Assembly: GCA_050173015.1 (NCBI GenBank)
Contig: JBFXLE010000009.1
Span: forward strand, 32,001 to 96,000
Source: Calditrichaceae bacterium
Lineage (GTDB): Bacteria; Calditrichota; Calditrichia; Calditrichales; JBFXGD01
Direction: 5' to 3'
Length of the DNA: 64,000 nt
Position numbers and translations under genes: made by a program. Of the stretch, positions 19,589 through 32,000 are shown piece by piece (the first letter of the stretch is position 1; each line of letters starts with the position of its first letter). The notes below the pieces were generated by a model, which was not told the DNA's origin, searched no databases, and saw only the letters and a list, made by a program, of their open reading frames with translations.

Positions 19589-22500
19589 TATTTGTCATAT
19601 CCCGTTTTTTAGATTTCAACTTTTGATTTAACATTGATTTTGTCTCATCTTCTGACAATTTATCGATGCTTAATAGCAAGGCTTCCAAATCCTCGCCATC
19701 CCGGTCAATCCGTTCTATCTTAGCGGGTTTACCGTTCTCTTCTGATGCGGATATTTTGATGATTTCCCTTGATAGCGCGGCCACGGTAGGTTTCTCGAAT
19801 AACAGACTCAATGGCAGGTCAATCGCAAATTGCTCCCGGATTTGCGACATGAACTGAGTGGCGAGCAGAGAATGACCGCCAAGTTCGAAAAAATTATCGT
19901 GAATGCCGGTTTTGTCTAAATTCAGTAGTTCTGTGACAATTCCAGATAGTTTTTCTTCGGTTTCGTTTGTCGGCGCGGCGTATTCAGAACGAAGGCTCTC
20001 GCGTGAAAATTCCGGTTCGGGCAATGCTTTCCTGTCAATTTTTCCGTTAGGAGTGAGCGGCATCGCGTTGAGCATCACAAAAGAGGACGGAATCATATAG
20101 CCCGGCAAGCGTTCACTCAATTTTGATTTTAATACAGGTAAATCAGGTTCATGGCTGTTCTCAGTCACAATGTATGCCACCAGTCTTTTATCACCGGGTG
20201 AATCTTCCCGTACCATGACAAATGTTTCCTTTACCTCGTCAATTTCATCAATGATCGTTTCAATTTCTCCAGGTTCGACGCGGAATCCCCTTATCTTCAC
20301 CTGCTGATCGATACGGCCGAGAAATTCTATATTTCCGTCCGGTAAATATCTGACAAGATCACCGCTTTTATAAAGTCTGCCTCCCAATGTTTGGCTAAAA
20401 GGATCCGGAATAAATTTTTCAGCGGTTAGTCCGGGCCGGTTGAGATAACCTCTCGCCAGACCGACTCCGCCGATATGCAATTCACCCGCCGCGCCTGTAG
20501 GTAATGGCTGTAATGACTTGTCCAGTATGTAAAGACGGAAGTTGTCTATGGGCTTTCCTATCGGTGGCGCAATGCTTACATCAGGCGTAACCGCGTACAT
20601 TGATGCGCAAACAGTGGTCTCTGTGGGACCGTAGGCGTTAAAAAATGATCTTCCTTCCGACCAGCGTCGCGCCAGATCGATGGTGCATTTTTCTCCGGCG
20701 GTTATAATTGTCTGAAGATCCGGAAGAGGCCCATCCGGCATTACCGCCAATACGGAAGGCGGCAGTGTTACGGTGGTGATTTTTTCGTTTTTGAGAATGT
20801 CATATAGATTTTGACCGGTGAGCAGCTCCTCCTCACCGGCGAGACAGAGTGTGCCCCCGTTCAGCAGCGCCATGACCATCTCCCAGACCGAGGCGTCAAA
20901 GCTGAGTGACGCGAACTGAAGTATTCTGGCGCCCCGGCGGATTCCAAACGCTTTTTTTTGCGCGTTTGCAAGATTTAGTAGTCCCCTGTGATGCAATAAG
21001 GTCCCTTTCGGTCTGCCCGTGGAACCAGATGTGTAAATGACATAGGCGAGATTGTCCGCATTCAGATCACTGTGCTGATTTTCTTTTGAAGCCACCGACA
21101 ATTGTTCATCTTCTTTATCCGGAAGAATCGTATGAATATTTATATCAGGCAGAGTATTCAGGATCGATTCATGGGTTATTAGCGCTGAAATACCCGAATC
21201 TTTAATCATATATTCAATCCGGTCTTTTGGATATATTGGGTCAATTGGAAGAAAGGCGCCACCCGCCTTTAATATTGCCAAAACCGATACAGGGATATTC
21301 ATTGCGCGGGGTAGACAAATTCCGATAATTTTATCCGCGCCAATGCCATGATTTTTGAGCCGGCGCGCCAGTTGATTGGCTTTCTCATTTAATTCTCTAT
21401 AGGTCAGCGATTGTTTTTCCTGAATTACGGCGATTGTATCCGGAAACTCATTTACTTTTTGTTCAAACCATTGCGGGACAGTCGCGGCGTCGGGATAGGC
21501 AGTTTTAGTATCATTCCATTCGGAAAGCATCAATTTAAGTTCATCTTTTCCGGAGATGCTTATTTCAGAAACACGTTTATCGGGATTGTCAATAATTTCA
21601 GTTAAAATATTCTCAAAATGAGTCTGCATTCTCAAAATGGTTGCAGGTTCAAAAAGATCGGTGTTAAATTCAAAATAGCAATCCATCCCCTCCATGGTTT
21701 TGGCAATTGTCAAAGTAAGATCGTATTTTGCCGTCAGGTTTTCCGTCTCGATCGGGATGATATTAAATTCAGGCAGATCCACCATTTCAAACGGGGTGTT
21801 CTGTAAAACAAAAGCAACCTGAAACAGAGGAGAATGACTCATGTCGCGTTCAGGCTGGAGCGCTTCGACCAGATATTCGAATGGTAAATCCTGATGCATA
21901 AACGCGTTTAATGTCGTTTCGCGGACCTGTCTCAAAAGCTGCTTGAAGGTGGGCATATCCCCAAATTCCGCTTTCAGAACCAAGGTATTTACAAAAAAAC
22001 CGATGAGATTTTCCAGTTCGGATCGTGTACGGCCGGCAATGGGAGATCCCACTAAAATTTCTTCCTGTCCTGTGTAGCGGTGCAGAAGTGTCTGAAAAGC
22101 CGCGAGAAGTGTCATGAAAAGTGTGGTTCCTTCTTTTCGGCTGAGCTGTATCAGATTCCCGGCAAGATTGTCCGAAAGATGCAGTTTTATCGTCTGACCG
22201 TTAAAAGACTGTGTCGCGGGACGCGGATGATCGGCAGGAAGCTCGAGAACAGGAGGATTGATCCCGATCGTATTTTTCCAGTATTCAAGCTCTTCCTTAA
22301 GTTTTTCACCCTGCAGCCGTTGTCGCTGCCATATAGAAAAATCTGCATACTGGATCGGTAAGCCGGCAAGCTGTGATGTTTTCCTGGTTGAAAAATCCTG
22401 ATACAGGGTAGCGAACTCATTCAGAAGTACCCCAATTGACCAGCCGTCCGCAATAATATGATGGATGGTTATCAGGAGAATGTGATCGTCGGGTTTTAAT

Positions 22501-25500
22501 ATAATTATTTTTACTCTTAATAACGGCCCCGATTCAAGATTGAATGGTTGACGGGCCTCATCAGCCGTAATTTTTTTAGTTTTCAGAAACATTTCTTCTT
22601 CAGAACTTCCGCTTAGGTCCAAAGACGCAATCTTTATTTTTAGTTCGGGTAAAACAACCTGATGCGGATGCCCTTTTTCGCTTTTAAAAACGGTTCGAAG
22701 AATCTCGTGTCTGATAATAATTTGATTCAGACTGCGTTTAATAACTCCGATATCGACATGTCCATGCAGACGAAGCGCGGATGGGATATTATAATATGCA
22801 TTTCCGGGCGCCAACTGATCCAGAAACCATAATCTTTGTTGTGAAAAAGAAAGCGGTATTTCAGAATTCCTTTTTTTAGGCGCAAGGGTAGGGATATCCT
22901 TATTCATTCGCTCATCGCCGGTTGTCCCGATCAGTTTTGCGAGGGCAGCGATTGTCGGATTTGAGAAAAAATCGGGTAGTGAGATCTCAACCGCGAATAT
23001 ATCTCTGATTCTCGATGCAAGCCTGGTGGCGGTTAATGAATGTCCGCCCAGATCAAAAAAATTATCATGAATACCTATTTTCTCGATACCTAAAATTTTG
23101 CTCCAGATACCGGTTAACAGTTCGTCGATCTGATTTCCGGGCGCGGTAAATTCCTCATCACGACTCAAATCCGCCCCTTCGGGTAAGGGCAGGGATGATC
23201 TGTCAATTTTTCCACTTGAAGAAACCGGAAACTGATCCATGAAAACATAATAGACAGGTATCATATATTCCGGAAGATGTTTCTTGAGAAAGATTTTTAA
23301 TAATTCGGTATCAGGATTTTTATCGGGCTCCGGCATGTAATAGGCGATCAGTACTTTTTCACCGGGAGTCATTTCACGGGCCGTCACAACAACTTTTTTG
23401 AGATCTTTATGGTTTGAAAGTACTGATTCGATCTCCCCCGGTTCGACACGGAATCCGCGGATTTTAACCTGATCGTCAATCCTGCCGACGAATGCCAGAT
23501 TCCCGTCTCCGATGGATCGGGCAATATCACCGCTCCTGTAAAGTCTCGCGCCGGGTTGATCCGAAAACGGATCAGGTATAAATTTTTCAGCGGTTAGTCC
23601 GGGATTATTTAAATACCCCCGGGCAATTCCCGGACTGCTTAAGCATAACTCACCCGGTACTCCCCGCGGCTGAGGGTGAAACTGTTCGTCAAGGACGTAT
23701 GCCCGGACATTATCTATTGGTTTTCCTATGGGAATATTGTCGGTTAACGGTAAATCCTCATGGATGGGATTAACCGTAGCGCAAACCGTCACTTCGGTAG
23801 GTCCGTATCCATTGATAAAATGCCGTCCGATTCTCCAGCGGGACGCAGTATCCCTGGTGCATGGCTCACCGACTGAGCCAACCACCTCGAGATCCGGTAA
23901 ATCATTTTCTGACAAAATCGCGAGTAGGGAAGGCGGTGCAACAAATGTATTTACTTTTTGATCTCTTAATAATCCGGTTAGTTTATCTTCAGAAAGCAAG
24001 GTATCCCGGTCGGATATGATGAGACATCCACCCGATAAAAGGGTGCTGAATATTTCCACTACGGACGCGTCGAACGAAAGTGAAGCGAGCTGAAAGAATC
24101 GTTTGCCGGCTGAAATATGAAAAACCTTCGCGAGAGCCAGGGCGGTATTCACCGCACCGAGATGCTGCAACCATGTTCCTTTCGGACGTCCGGTAGAACC
24201 GGATGTATATATGATATAGGCAAGATGTTCAGAAGACACGACGCCTTCCGGATCTTCACCGGACTCATTGGAAATAAGATCATCAGAATTTTGAATGTTT
24301 ATCACCCGCAAATCGCTGTTTGGCAGATTTTGTATCAGGCTGTTTTCAGAAATAATAAGATTGACACCGGAATCTTTCATGATATATTTCAAACGTTCAT
24401 CCGGAGTGGATGGATCTATGGGCAGGTACGCGCCACCTGCCTTCAAAATTGCCAGAACAGTGATAATCATCTCCGGGGAGCGATTGAGATAGACCGCCAC
24501 GAGAAATTCGGGAACCACACCTTCTCCTTTTAGTATCGCGGCCAGCTGATTTGATCGTTTATTTAAATCCGAGTAGGTTAAGATTGTATCTCCGAACCGT
24601 ACAGCGTGAAAATCAGGATGCTCCTTTGCCTGTTTTTGGAATATCTCATGCAGGCATTTGTTTTTTGGGAATTCAGTTTGTGTTTTATTCCATTCCCTGA
24701 TGATTGAATCAAGTTCAGGGTTTGTCAGCAGCTTTATCTCCGAGACGGTTTTATCCGATCTGATTAGCATTGAAGTCATTATCACTTCAAGATGCCCCAG
24801 CATCCGGCTTATTGTCTCGGCATCGAATCGATCTGTCTGATAGGCGATTTCCAGAACGATATCTTCATGCGCTGATCCCACTATCGTAAGGGGATAGTTG
24901 GTCTGCTCTATGGCGTTGATGTCAAATATGCTGATGCTGTTGTTCAGCTCCTTGACGGAAGAGCTGACCGGATAGTTTTCGAACACCACGATGCTTTCAA
25001 AGAGCGGTACATTACCCCGGATTCCACTCTGTTTTTGAACTTCCGCCAGCGAACTGAACTCAAACTGACGCATTCCGGCAGACTGCTGATGAATCTCTTT
25101 CAAAAATGTCATAATCTTTTGTCCGGGCGATACCCTGATTCTCATGGGAAGCGTATTTATGAACAGGCCGATCATGGATTCGACCCCGTCCAGTTCAGGC
25201 GGGCGCCCCGAGACAGTGACGCCGAAAACAACATCCTTCTCGCTGCTGTATCTGCTCAGAAGGACAGACCAGGCGGCCTGGATCATTGTACTGATCGTAA
25301 GGTGATTGCTCCTCGTAAAGCGGGTGATGTTCTCGGACAACGACGCGGATAATCGTCTCATGGATTTCGCGTAGCCGCCGGATTTCCCGGATCCGCTGAC
25401 AGGAATATCGACCGTTAATGGAGTCGGTGCCGTGACGTCACTTAACTTATCCCGCCAATATTCTTCCGCGGCTTGCGCATCCTGCTGATTGAGCCAGTTA

Positions 25501-26048
25501 ATATAATCCCGGTATGGACGGGTTCTTTCGAGCCGGACAGCCTTGTTTGAGGCGATGGAATCATACAGGGAAAATATTTCTTTAAACAGCAAAGGAAGCG
25601 ACCAGCCGTCGATCAGGCTATGATGATTACTCCACACCATCTGCCAGACTTGCTTCTTAACTCTGATGACCGTCAAACGCAACAAAGGAGCTTTTGACAG
25701 GTTGAATCCTTTCGCCCGGTCATTTTTTAGAAAATCCGTGAATTTTGCGTCAATCTGATTTTCTGAAAATTCTATCCAATCAAGCTCTTCGATCGGAACT
25801 TCAACCGATTTATGTACAACCTGAAGCATTTTTTCAATCTTTTTGAAAACAAAGGATGTTCTCAGAACCGGATTTCTCTTTACTGCTTCTTTAACCGACT
25901 CTTTGAACGCCGCGATATTAAATTCACCGGATATCTTAAATGTTGTTTGTTCAAAATATACACTGCTTTCAGTCGAATATATGCTGTGAAAAATCATTCC
26001 CTGCTGCATGGGGGAAAGTGTGTATACGGACTCTATATTTTTATCCAT
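19581..26048 (-). CDS. NRPS, C(DCL-type)-A-T-C-A-T; predicted X, Phe
   Basis: N-terminus VYTLSPMQQGM, WSNHHSLIDGWS, two A and two GGHSL T domains; second A code DAWTIAAVCK. Confidence 0.97.
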   Translation of the reverse strand: MDKNIESVYTLSPMQQGMIFHSIYSTESSVYFEQTTFKISGEFNIAAFKESVKEAVKRNPVLRTSFVFKKIEKMLQVVHKSVEVPIEELDWIEFSENQIDAKFTDFLKNDRAKGFNLSKAPLLRLTVIRVKKQVWQMVWSNHHSLIDGWSLPLLFKEIFSLYDSIASNKAVRLERTRPYRDYINWLNQQDAQAAEEYWRDKLSDVTAPTPLTVDIPVSGSGKSGGYAKSMRRLSASLSENITRFTRSNHLTISTMIQAAWSVLLSRYSSEKDVVFGVTVSGRPPELDGVESMIGLFINTLPMRIRVSPGQKIMTFLKEIHQQSAGMRQFEFSSLAEVQKQSGIRGNVPLFESIVVFENYPVSSSVKELNNSISIFDINAIEQTNYPLTIVGSAHEDIVLEIAYQTDRFDAETISRMLGHLEVIMTSMLIRSDKTVSEIKLLTNPELDSIIREWNKTQTEFPKNKCLHEIFQKQAKEHPDFHAVRFGDTILTYSDLNKRSNQLAAILKGEGVVPEFLVAVYLNRSPEMIITVLAILKAGGAYLPIDPSTPDERLKYIMKDSGVNLIISENSLIQNLPNSDLRVINIQNSDDLISNESGEDPEGVVSSEHLAYIIYTSGSTGRPKGTWLQHLGAVNTALALAKVFHISAGKRFFQLASLSFDASVVEIFSTLLSGGCLIISDRDTLLSEDKLTGLLRDQKVNTFVAPPSLLAILSENDLPDLEVVGSVGEPCTRDTASRWRIGRHFINGYGPTEVTVCATVNPIHEDLPLTDNIPIGKPIDNVRAYVLDEQFHPQPRGVPGELCLSSPGIARGYLNNPGLTAEKFIPDPFSDQPGARLYRSGDIARSIGDGNLAFVGRIDDQVKIRGFRVEPGEIESVLSNHKDLKKVVVTAREMTPGEKVLIAYYMPEPDKNPDTELLKIFLKKHLPEYMIPVYYVFMDQFPVSSSGKIDRSSLPLPEGADLSRDEEFTAPGNQIDELLTGIWSKILGIEKIGIHDNFFDLGGHSLTATRLASRIRDIFAVEISLPDFFSNPTIAALAKLIGTTGDERMNKDIPTLAPKKRNSEIPLSFSQQRLWFLDQLAPGNAYYNIPSALRLHGHVDIGVIKRSLNQIIIRHEILRTVFKSEKGHPHQVVLPELKIKIASLDLSGSSEEEMFLKTKKITADEARQPFNLESGPLLRVKIIILKPDDHILLITIHHIIADGWSIGVLLNEFATLYQDFSTRKTSQLAGLPIQYADFSIWQRQRLQGEKLKEELEYWKNTIGINPPVLELPADHPRPATQSFNGQTIKLHLSDNLAGNLIQLSRKEGTTLFMTLLAAFQTLLHRYTGQEEILVGSPIAGRTRSELENLIGFFVNTLVLKAEFGDMPTFKQLLRQVRETTLNAFMHQDLPFEYLVEALQPERDMSHSPLFQVAFVLQNTPFEMVDLPEFNIIPIETENLTAKYDLTLTIAKTMEGMDCYFEFNTDLFEPATILRMQTHFENILTEIIDNPDKRVSEISISGKDELKLMLSEWNDTKTAYPDAATVPQWFEQKVNEFPDTIAVIQEKQSLTYRELNEKANQLARRLKNHGIGADKIIGICLPRAMNIPVSVLAILKAGGAFLPIDPIYPKDRIEYMIKDSGISALITHESILNTLPDINIHTILPDKEDEQLSVASKENQHSDLNADNLAYVIYTSGSTGRPKGTLLHHRGLLNLANAQKKAFGIRRGARILQFASLSFDASVWEMVMALLNGGTLCLAGEEELLTGQNLYDILKNEKITTVTLPPSVLAVMPDGPLPDLQTIITAGEKCTIDLARRWSEGRSFFNAYGPTETTVCASMYAVTPDVSIAPPIGKPIDNFRLYILDKSLQPLPTGAAGELHIGGVGLARGYLNRPGLTAEKFIPDPFSQTLGGRLYKSGDLVRYLPDGNIEFLGRIDQQVKIRGFRVEPGEIETIIDEIDEVKETFVMVREDSPGDKRLVAYIVTENSHEPDLPVLKSKLSERLPGYMIPSSFVMLNAMPLTPNGKIDRKALPEPEFSRESLRSEYAAPTNETEEKLSGIVTELLNLDKTGIHDNFFELGGHSLLATQFMSQIREQFAIDLPLSLLFEKPTVAALSREIIKISASEENGKPAKIERIDRDGEDLEALLLSIDKLSEDETKSMLNQKLKSKKRDMTNNG

Positions 26049-29000
26049 TTATTCATCCCGGTTATCATTTAATTCTGACAACATATTATCAAGCTCCTCC
26101 TGATCTAAATTGACGTCAAGAAAGTCGGATGGTGTGTAATCACCGGAAGCGGTTTTCTCACAATGGTCAATTAATTGCTGAAGTTCATCCATGATATTTG
26201 TTAAGAACCGTCTGACCGTCTCTTCTTTGATTAAATTACCGCTGTAATCAATGGAGAGATTAAGACTGTCGTTTACAATCGTACCGCTGATATCCAGCAG
26301 GTGTGTTCTTTTAGCGTTTGGGGCGCGTTCGGCGCCGGTATTGGGATCAATTTCATCGAAAATGTCACCGGAATCCCGCAAACCGAACTGTCCGAGATAA
26401 TTGAATGAAATTTCCGGAACAGGGGCCGCCTTGAACCGCTTTCGGATGATCATGTCATCGCTTAAATAACGGAGCAATCCGAATCCTATGCCGTGATTAG
26501 GAATCATTCTCATCTGCTCTTTTACAGTTTTAAGCGTATCCTGAATTTGAATCGTTCCATTCATGTACAGCGACACCGGATACGCCGCCGTAAACCAACC
26601 AACTGTCCTTGAGAGATCAACATCATCAAAAAGATCTTCCCGGCCGTGACCTTCAAGCTGAATATACATATGATGTTTTCCGGTCCATTTAGCGTGGGAC
26701 CGGATTATGGCCGTGAGCAGATTTTCCTGTATTTGCGTATTGTACAAAGACGGTACGGATTTTAAGAGTTTTTGTGTTTGTCGCGCTTCCAATATGGAAC
26801 TTAATCTCTGTGTGGACGATTCACTGTTCCTGCCGTCCGGAAAATCAACGGGCAACAATTGTTTTTCCACCGGGAATTGATTCTGCCAGAAAGGTACTTC
26901 TTGCGGATTTATTTTATCATTCGCGAATTTCTTTAGTTTTTCTGTCCATGTTTTGAATGAAGTTGTTTTTGGAGGAAGTTCAATTGTTCTCCCTGATTGA
27001 CTCCAATGATACGCGGAAACGAGATCTTCCAGCAGAATTCTCCAGGAAATTCCGTCCATCGCCAGGTGATGAATTGCAATAAATAATCTGTCGGATAGTG
27101 TTGGATCCAACCTGAAATAGGCCGCGTTTATGAGAGTCCCGGAGGAAAGATTAATACCGGCCTGCAGCATATTGCACTCATCTGTTATTCGTTTTGTTTG
27201 ATGCTCAACGGGAATATCTGTTAAATCAATGACTGAAAATGGGATATCCTTCGGATTATCAGAAAATGATTGGAGAATTGTTTTATTCTCTAAGACAATT
27301 TTTAATCTAAGAGCGTCATGATGGCTGATAAGCTCCCGGAATACATTCTCCAGAGATCCGGTATCCATCCTGTTAGTTGTCTTAAGGAGTACAGACTGAT
27401 TCCAATGATGCTTTTCGATAAAATCCTGCTCAAAGAACCACTTCTGAATCGGGGATAATTCCGCCGTACCGGTGACGATTCCCTGATCAGTGATTATTTC
27501 CTTTTTTGTTACCGCTACGGATGCCAGAAATTCAATGGTCGGGTTTTCAAAAAGCTGCCGGGGTGAAAGGATCAGACCGGCATTTTTTGCTCTGGCGATC
27601 GCCTGAATGCTGAGAATTGAATCACCGCCAAGTTCGAAAAAGTTATCTTTTATGCCGATTTTATCAATACCCAATAATTCCCGCCAGATTTTTACAAGGA
27701 TTTCTTCGCGCTCACTACCGGGGGCGATGTAACCTGTTTTTAAATCAGACCGGCTGATTTCAGGTTCAGGCAGGGATTTTCGGTCCACCTTTCCTGTCGC
27801 GGCTACCGGCATCTTATCCAGAAACATAAACATGGCCGGAATCATGTAGTCAGGCAGTGTAGATTTCAGATAGGCTTTTAGTTGTTCGGTGGATACCTTA
27901 TCCCGATCGGCCGGAACGATATAGGCAATCAACTGCCTGTTTCCCGCCACTTCTTTACTCATGACGATGGCTTCTTCAACTTCATCATGAAGCAGCAGGG
28001 AGGACTCTATTTCGCCAAGTTCAATCCTGAACCCGCGGATTTTGACCTGATTGTCGATTCGCCCAAGAAATTCGATGTTTCCATCCGGAAGAAATCTAGT
28101 CAGATCACCGCTTTTATACATGCGGCTTCCTCCATCCGGGTTGAAAGGATCGGGTATGAATTTTCCCGCTGTCAAATCGGGTCTGTTCAAATACCCTCTG
28201 GCCAGCCCTTCGCCTCCTATATGCATTTCTCCGGGTATCCCTTCCGGCACCGGTTGCAGGTCCTTGTCCAGAATATAAATTCTGTAATTCGGGAGGGGGC
28301 GCCCGATGGGAATATTATTTCTTTCCGCGGATAATTTTTCTGTCAGATACCAGGAAGCGGCAACGGTTGTCTCGGTGGGGCCGTAGGCATTGTAAAATTG
28401 GCGTCCGCGTGACCATCGGTCCACAATTTCTCTGGTGCATACATCTCCCCCGGAGGCCAGGGTATCAAGATCGGGGAATTGGTCGCCATCGATCACGGAC
28501 AGGACGGATGGCGGAAGAACAGCATTGGTTATCTGACCCTGTTTCATCAGTTTTACAAATCCTTCTCCCGGCAGCATTGAGTCCTGACTGGTAAGATAAA
28601 GAGTCGCGCCCGATGTTAAAGCCGTAAATATATCGGCGACTGATCCGTCAAAGCTGTAGGAAAAGAACTGTATAACGCGTCGATTCTTATGGATATTAAA
28701 TTTTTTCTGATAAGCCAGAGCCAGATTCAGAACACTGCGGTGCCGAATGGTAACACCTTTTGGACGGCCGGTCGAACCTGAAGTGAATATTACATATGCC
28801 AGATTGAGTTCACAGACATCCGTTTTTGGATTTTTAGCACTTTCGGCAGCAAAATAGTCAGAATCACTGTCAAAACTGATCAATTCTGTATTTGTACCGG
28901 GAAAACCGTCTAAAAAACGATCCTGTGTCAGTATATATTTTATTCCACAGTCCCGAATGGCAAATGCCAGTCTTTCACGTGGATAATATGGATCAAGAGG

Positions 29001-32000
29001 TACATAAGCAGCCCCCGATTTAAGTATTCCCAGGATTCCTGCTATCATTTCAATCGAACGCTCTACCGAAAGACCAATAAATTGTTCGGGGCCCGCGCCT
29101 TTTTTGATCAGATAATTTGCGATCTGATTGGCGCGATTATTCAATTCCCGGTATGTGATGCGTGTGTCTTCAAATACAAGGGCGATTGTATCGGGTGTTT
29201 TTTCTGCCTGCTGCTCAAAATATTGATGAATTGTTACGTCACGCGGATAATCGCCTGAAATGTTGTTCCAGCCATGTATAATTTTATTAAAATCAGTCGT
29301 TGAGAGCAGGGGATAGGTCGAAATCCTGCTTTCAGGCTGATCAATGACAGCGGTCAGTACATTTTCAAAATGAGTATGCATCCTCATGATCGTGGCTTCA
29401 TGAAATAAATCGGCGCAATATTCCCAGCTGCAGTCGTATTGCTCTTTATTGTCCGTTATGTTCAGGGTAAGATCGAATTTTGATGTTCGCGTATTGATTT
29501 CAACCGATTCGATATTCAGGCCCTCCAGATTCAGTGACTGAATTGATTGTTGCTGATAGGCGAACATGACTTGAAAAATCGGTGAGTGACTCAGTCTTCG
29601 CTCGATTTCCAGACCGTCCACAATCTTCTCGAACGGAATATCCTGATGGGCAAGCACATTTAATGTGGTTTGTTTTATCCGGTTCAGGTATTCACCGAAA
29701 GTGGGATTATCATCAAAATCTCCCCGAACAATGAGGGTATTGACAAAGAAACCGATTAAATTTTCGATTTCCCTATGATTCCTGTTAGCGACCGGAGTCC
29801 CTACCAGAACCGTATTTTGGCCCGAATACCGGTGTAATATCACCTGAAAGACCGAGAGAAGAACCATAAATGGTGTGGTTTCCGTTTTCTTGCTGAACAA
29901 TCGGATTTTATCAGTCAGTCCCACGGGTAAGCTGAAATGAATCACATTCCCGTTGAAAGACTGCACAGCTTTCCTCGGCCTGTCCGTTGGCAGTTCCAGA
30001 ATTGTGGAAGCGCCGAGAAGCTGTTTTTTCCAAAAATTGATTTCCCTTTGGATACGATCCTTTGACATCCATTCTTTTTGCCATACCGCGAAATCAGAAT
30101 ATTGAACATCAAGTTCAGGCAGTTCGGGTGTTTCATCCTTAAGATAAGCGTTATATAACACATTTATTTCTTTCATAAGCACCTCCATCGACCATCCGTC
30201 AGAAATGATATGGTGCATATTCCAGAAAAATGTGTGCTGTTCTTCGGTCAGCTTAATAAGTTTTGTTGTAAACAGCGGTACGGCGGACAAATCGAACGAA
30301 TATTGTGCTTCCTTTTCAAGGATATCAAAAAGAATTTTTTCTTTTTCCGGGTTATCGGAGAGATCGATTTCCGGCAGATCGATATTTAGCCGGTCATATA
30401 CCTGGAGACGCGCGATACCGTCGATCGTTTGAAACGCGGATCTGAGAATATTATGCCGGTTCACGGTAAACCGGATGCTCTTTAGTAGTGCCTCTTTATC
30501 TAATTTTCCCGTAAGCCTGATTGCGGCGGCGATGTTATAGTTATGATTACCCGGTTCAAACTGATCAATAAACCAGAGTCTCTCCTGCGCGAAAGAAAGT
30601 ATTGGCGTGACCTTCTCCGGCGCGGGCCGGATGACCGAATATTTTTCTGTTTGTTCCACAGTCCCGCCAGTCTCCGCGTTAATTGTATAGGATGAAATTA
30701 TCTCTTTGCCAAATAATCGTCCGGTAGTTTCTTCAAAATGACGGCTTAAATACGCGGCATATTGACCAATGGTAGGATAGATGAACGCTGTCCGGACCGA
30801 TAAGGACTCATCAAGTTTTTCCTGAATCCTGTTTATTAAAACCGCGGCCTGAAGTGAATTACCGCCGGATTCAAAAAAGTTGTCATGAATACCGCCAGGG
30901 GTTCGTTCCAGTACGTTTTCCCAGACTGAAAAAAGGAATCGTTCAAGGGAATTACGGGGTGGAACGTTTTCTGCTGATTCTGTGGAAGATTGATAGGGAT
31001 CCGGAAGGGAATTCCGGTCAATTTTTCCGTTTGGTGTCAACGGAAATTTTTCCAGCTTCCTCAGAACGGATGGTACCATATATTCGGGAAGACTATGCAA
31101 TAAAAAGTCCCTCAGAGCCTCCGGAGACGGATTCCCCCCTTTTTTGGGGATATAATAACCAATCAGATTGCCTGCGGTTGAACTGACTACTACCGCCTCG
31201 TCAATTTGATGATGAATTCTCAAATTATATTCAATCTCTCCAAGTTCTATCCTGAAGCCCCTCACCTTTACCTGGTGATCCAGTCGTCCAAGAAATTCGA
31301 CCGTTCCTTCGCTCATGAGACGTACACGGTCGCCGGTACGGTACATTCTGGATCCGGCATTGTCGGAAAAAGGATCGGGAATAAATTTTTCAGCCGTGAG
31401 CGCGGCTTTTTTGTAATATCCGCGTCCGACACCTTCACCCCCAATGAATAATTCACCCGGGATACCCGCGGGCAAAGGATTCATCCATGAATCGAGAATA
31501 TAAAATTTCCCGTTGGCTACCGGTCTTCCGATTGTTGGCCTTTCAGATGTAGGGACGACAGGAAACATGGTGGAATCAACAGTGCATTCAGTAGGACCGT
31601 ACATATTATAAAATTGTGTATCACGGAACTGATGAAGTTTTTGCCAGGTGTCTTCATCGATCGCCTCGCCTCCCGGTAGAACCGCGAGCGGTTTCCATCC
31701 CCGGCCATCGAATAGCCCTGAAAGAATAAGCAGTTTTAGCTGTGACGGTACACAATCCAGAACATCCAGTCTGTTTTTTCTTATAAACGAAACCAATCTG
31801 TCGCCATCGGCCCGGATGTCTTGTGGGATAATAATTATGGAATGTCCGAAGATCAGTGTCAGGATTTGTTGAACAGAAGCATCAAAGGCGATCGGGGCGT
31901 TCAAACTTACCCTCAGGCTTTCTCCATCATATCGTGAATAAACGGTTTCATAAAGGTTCGCGGCGAGATTCAGGGCAGAACGGTGCTGTATCATGGCGCC

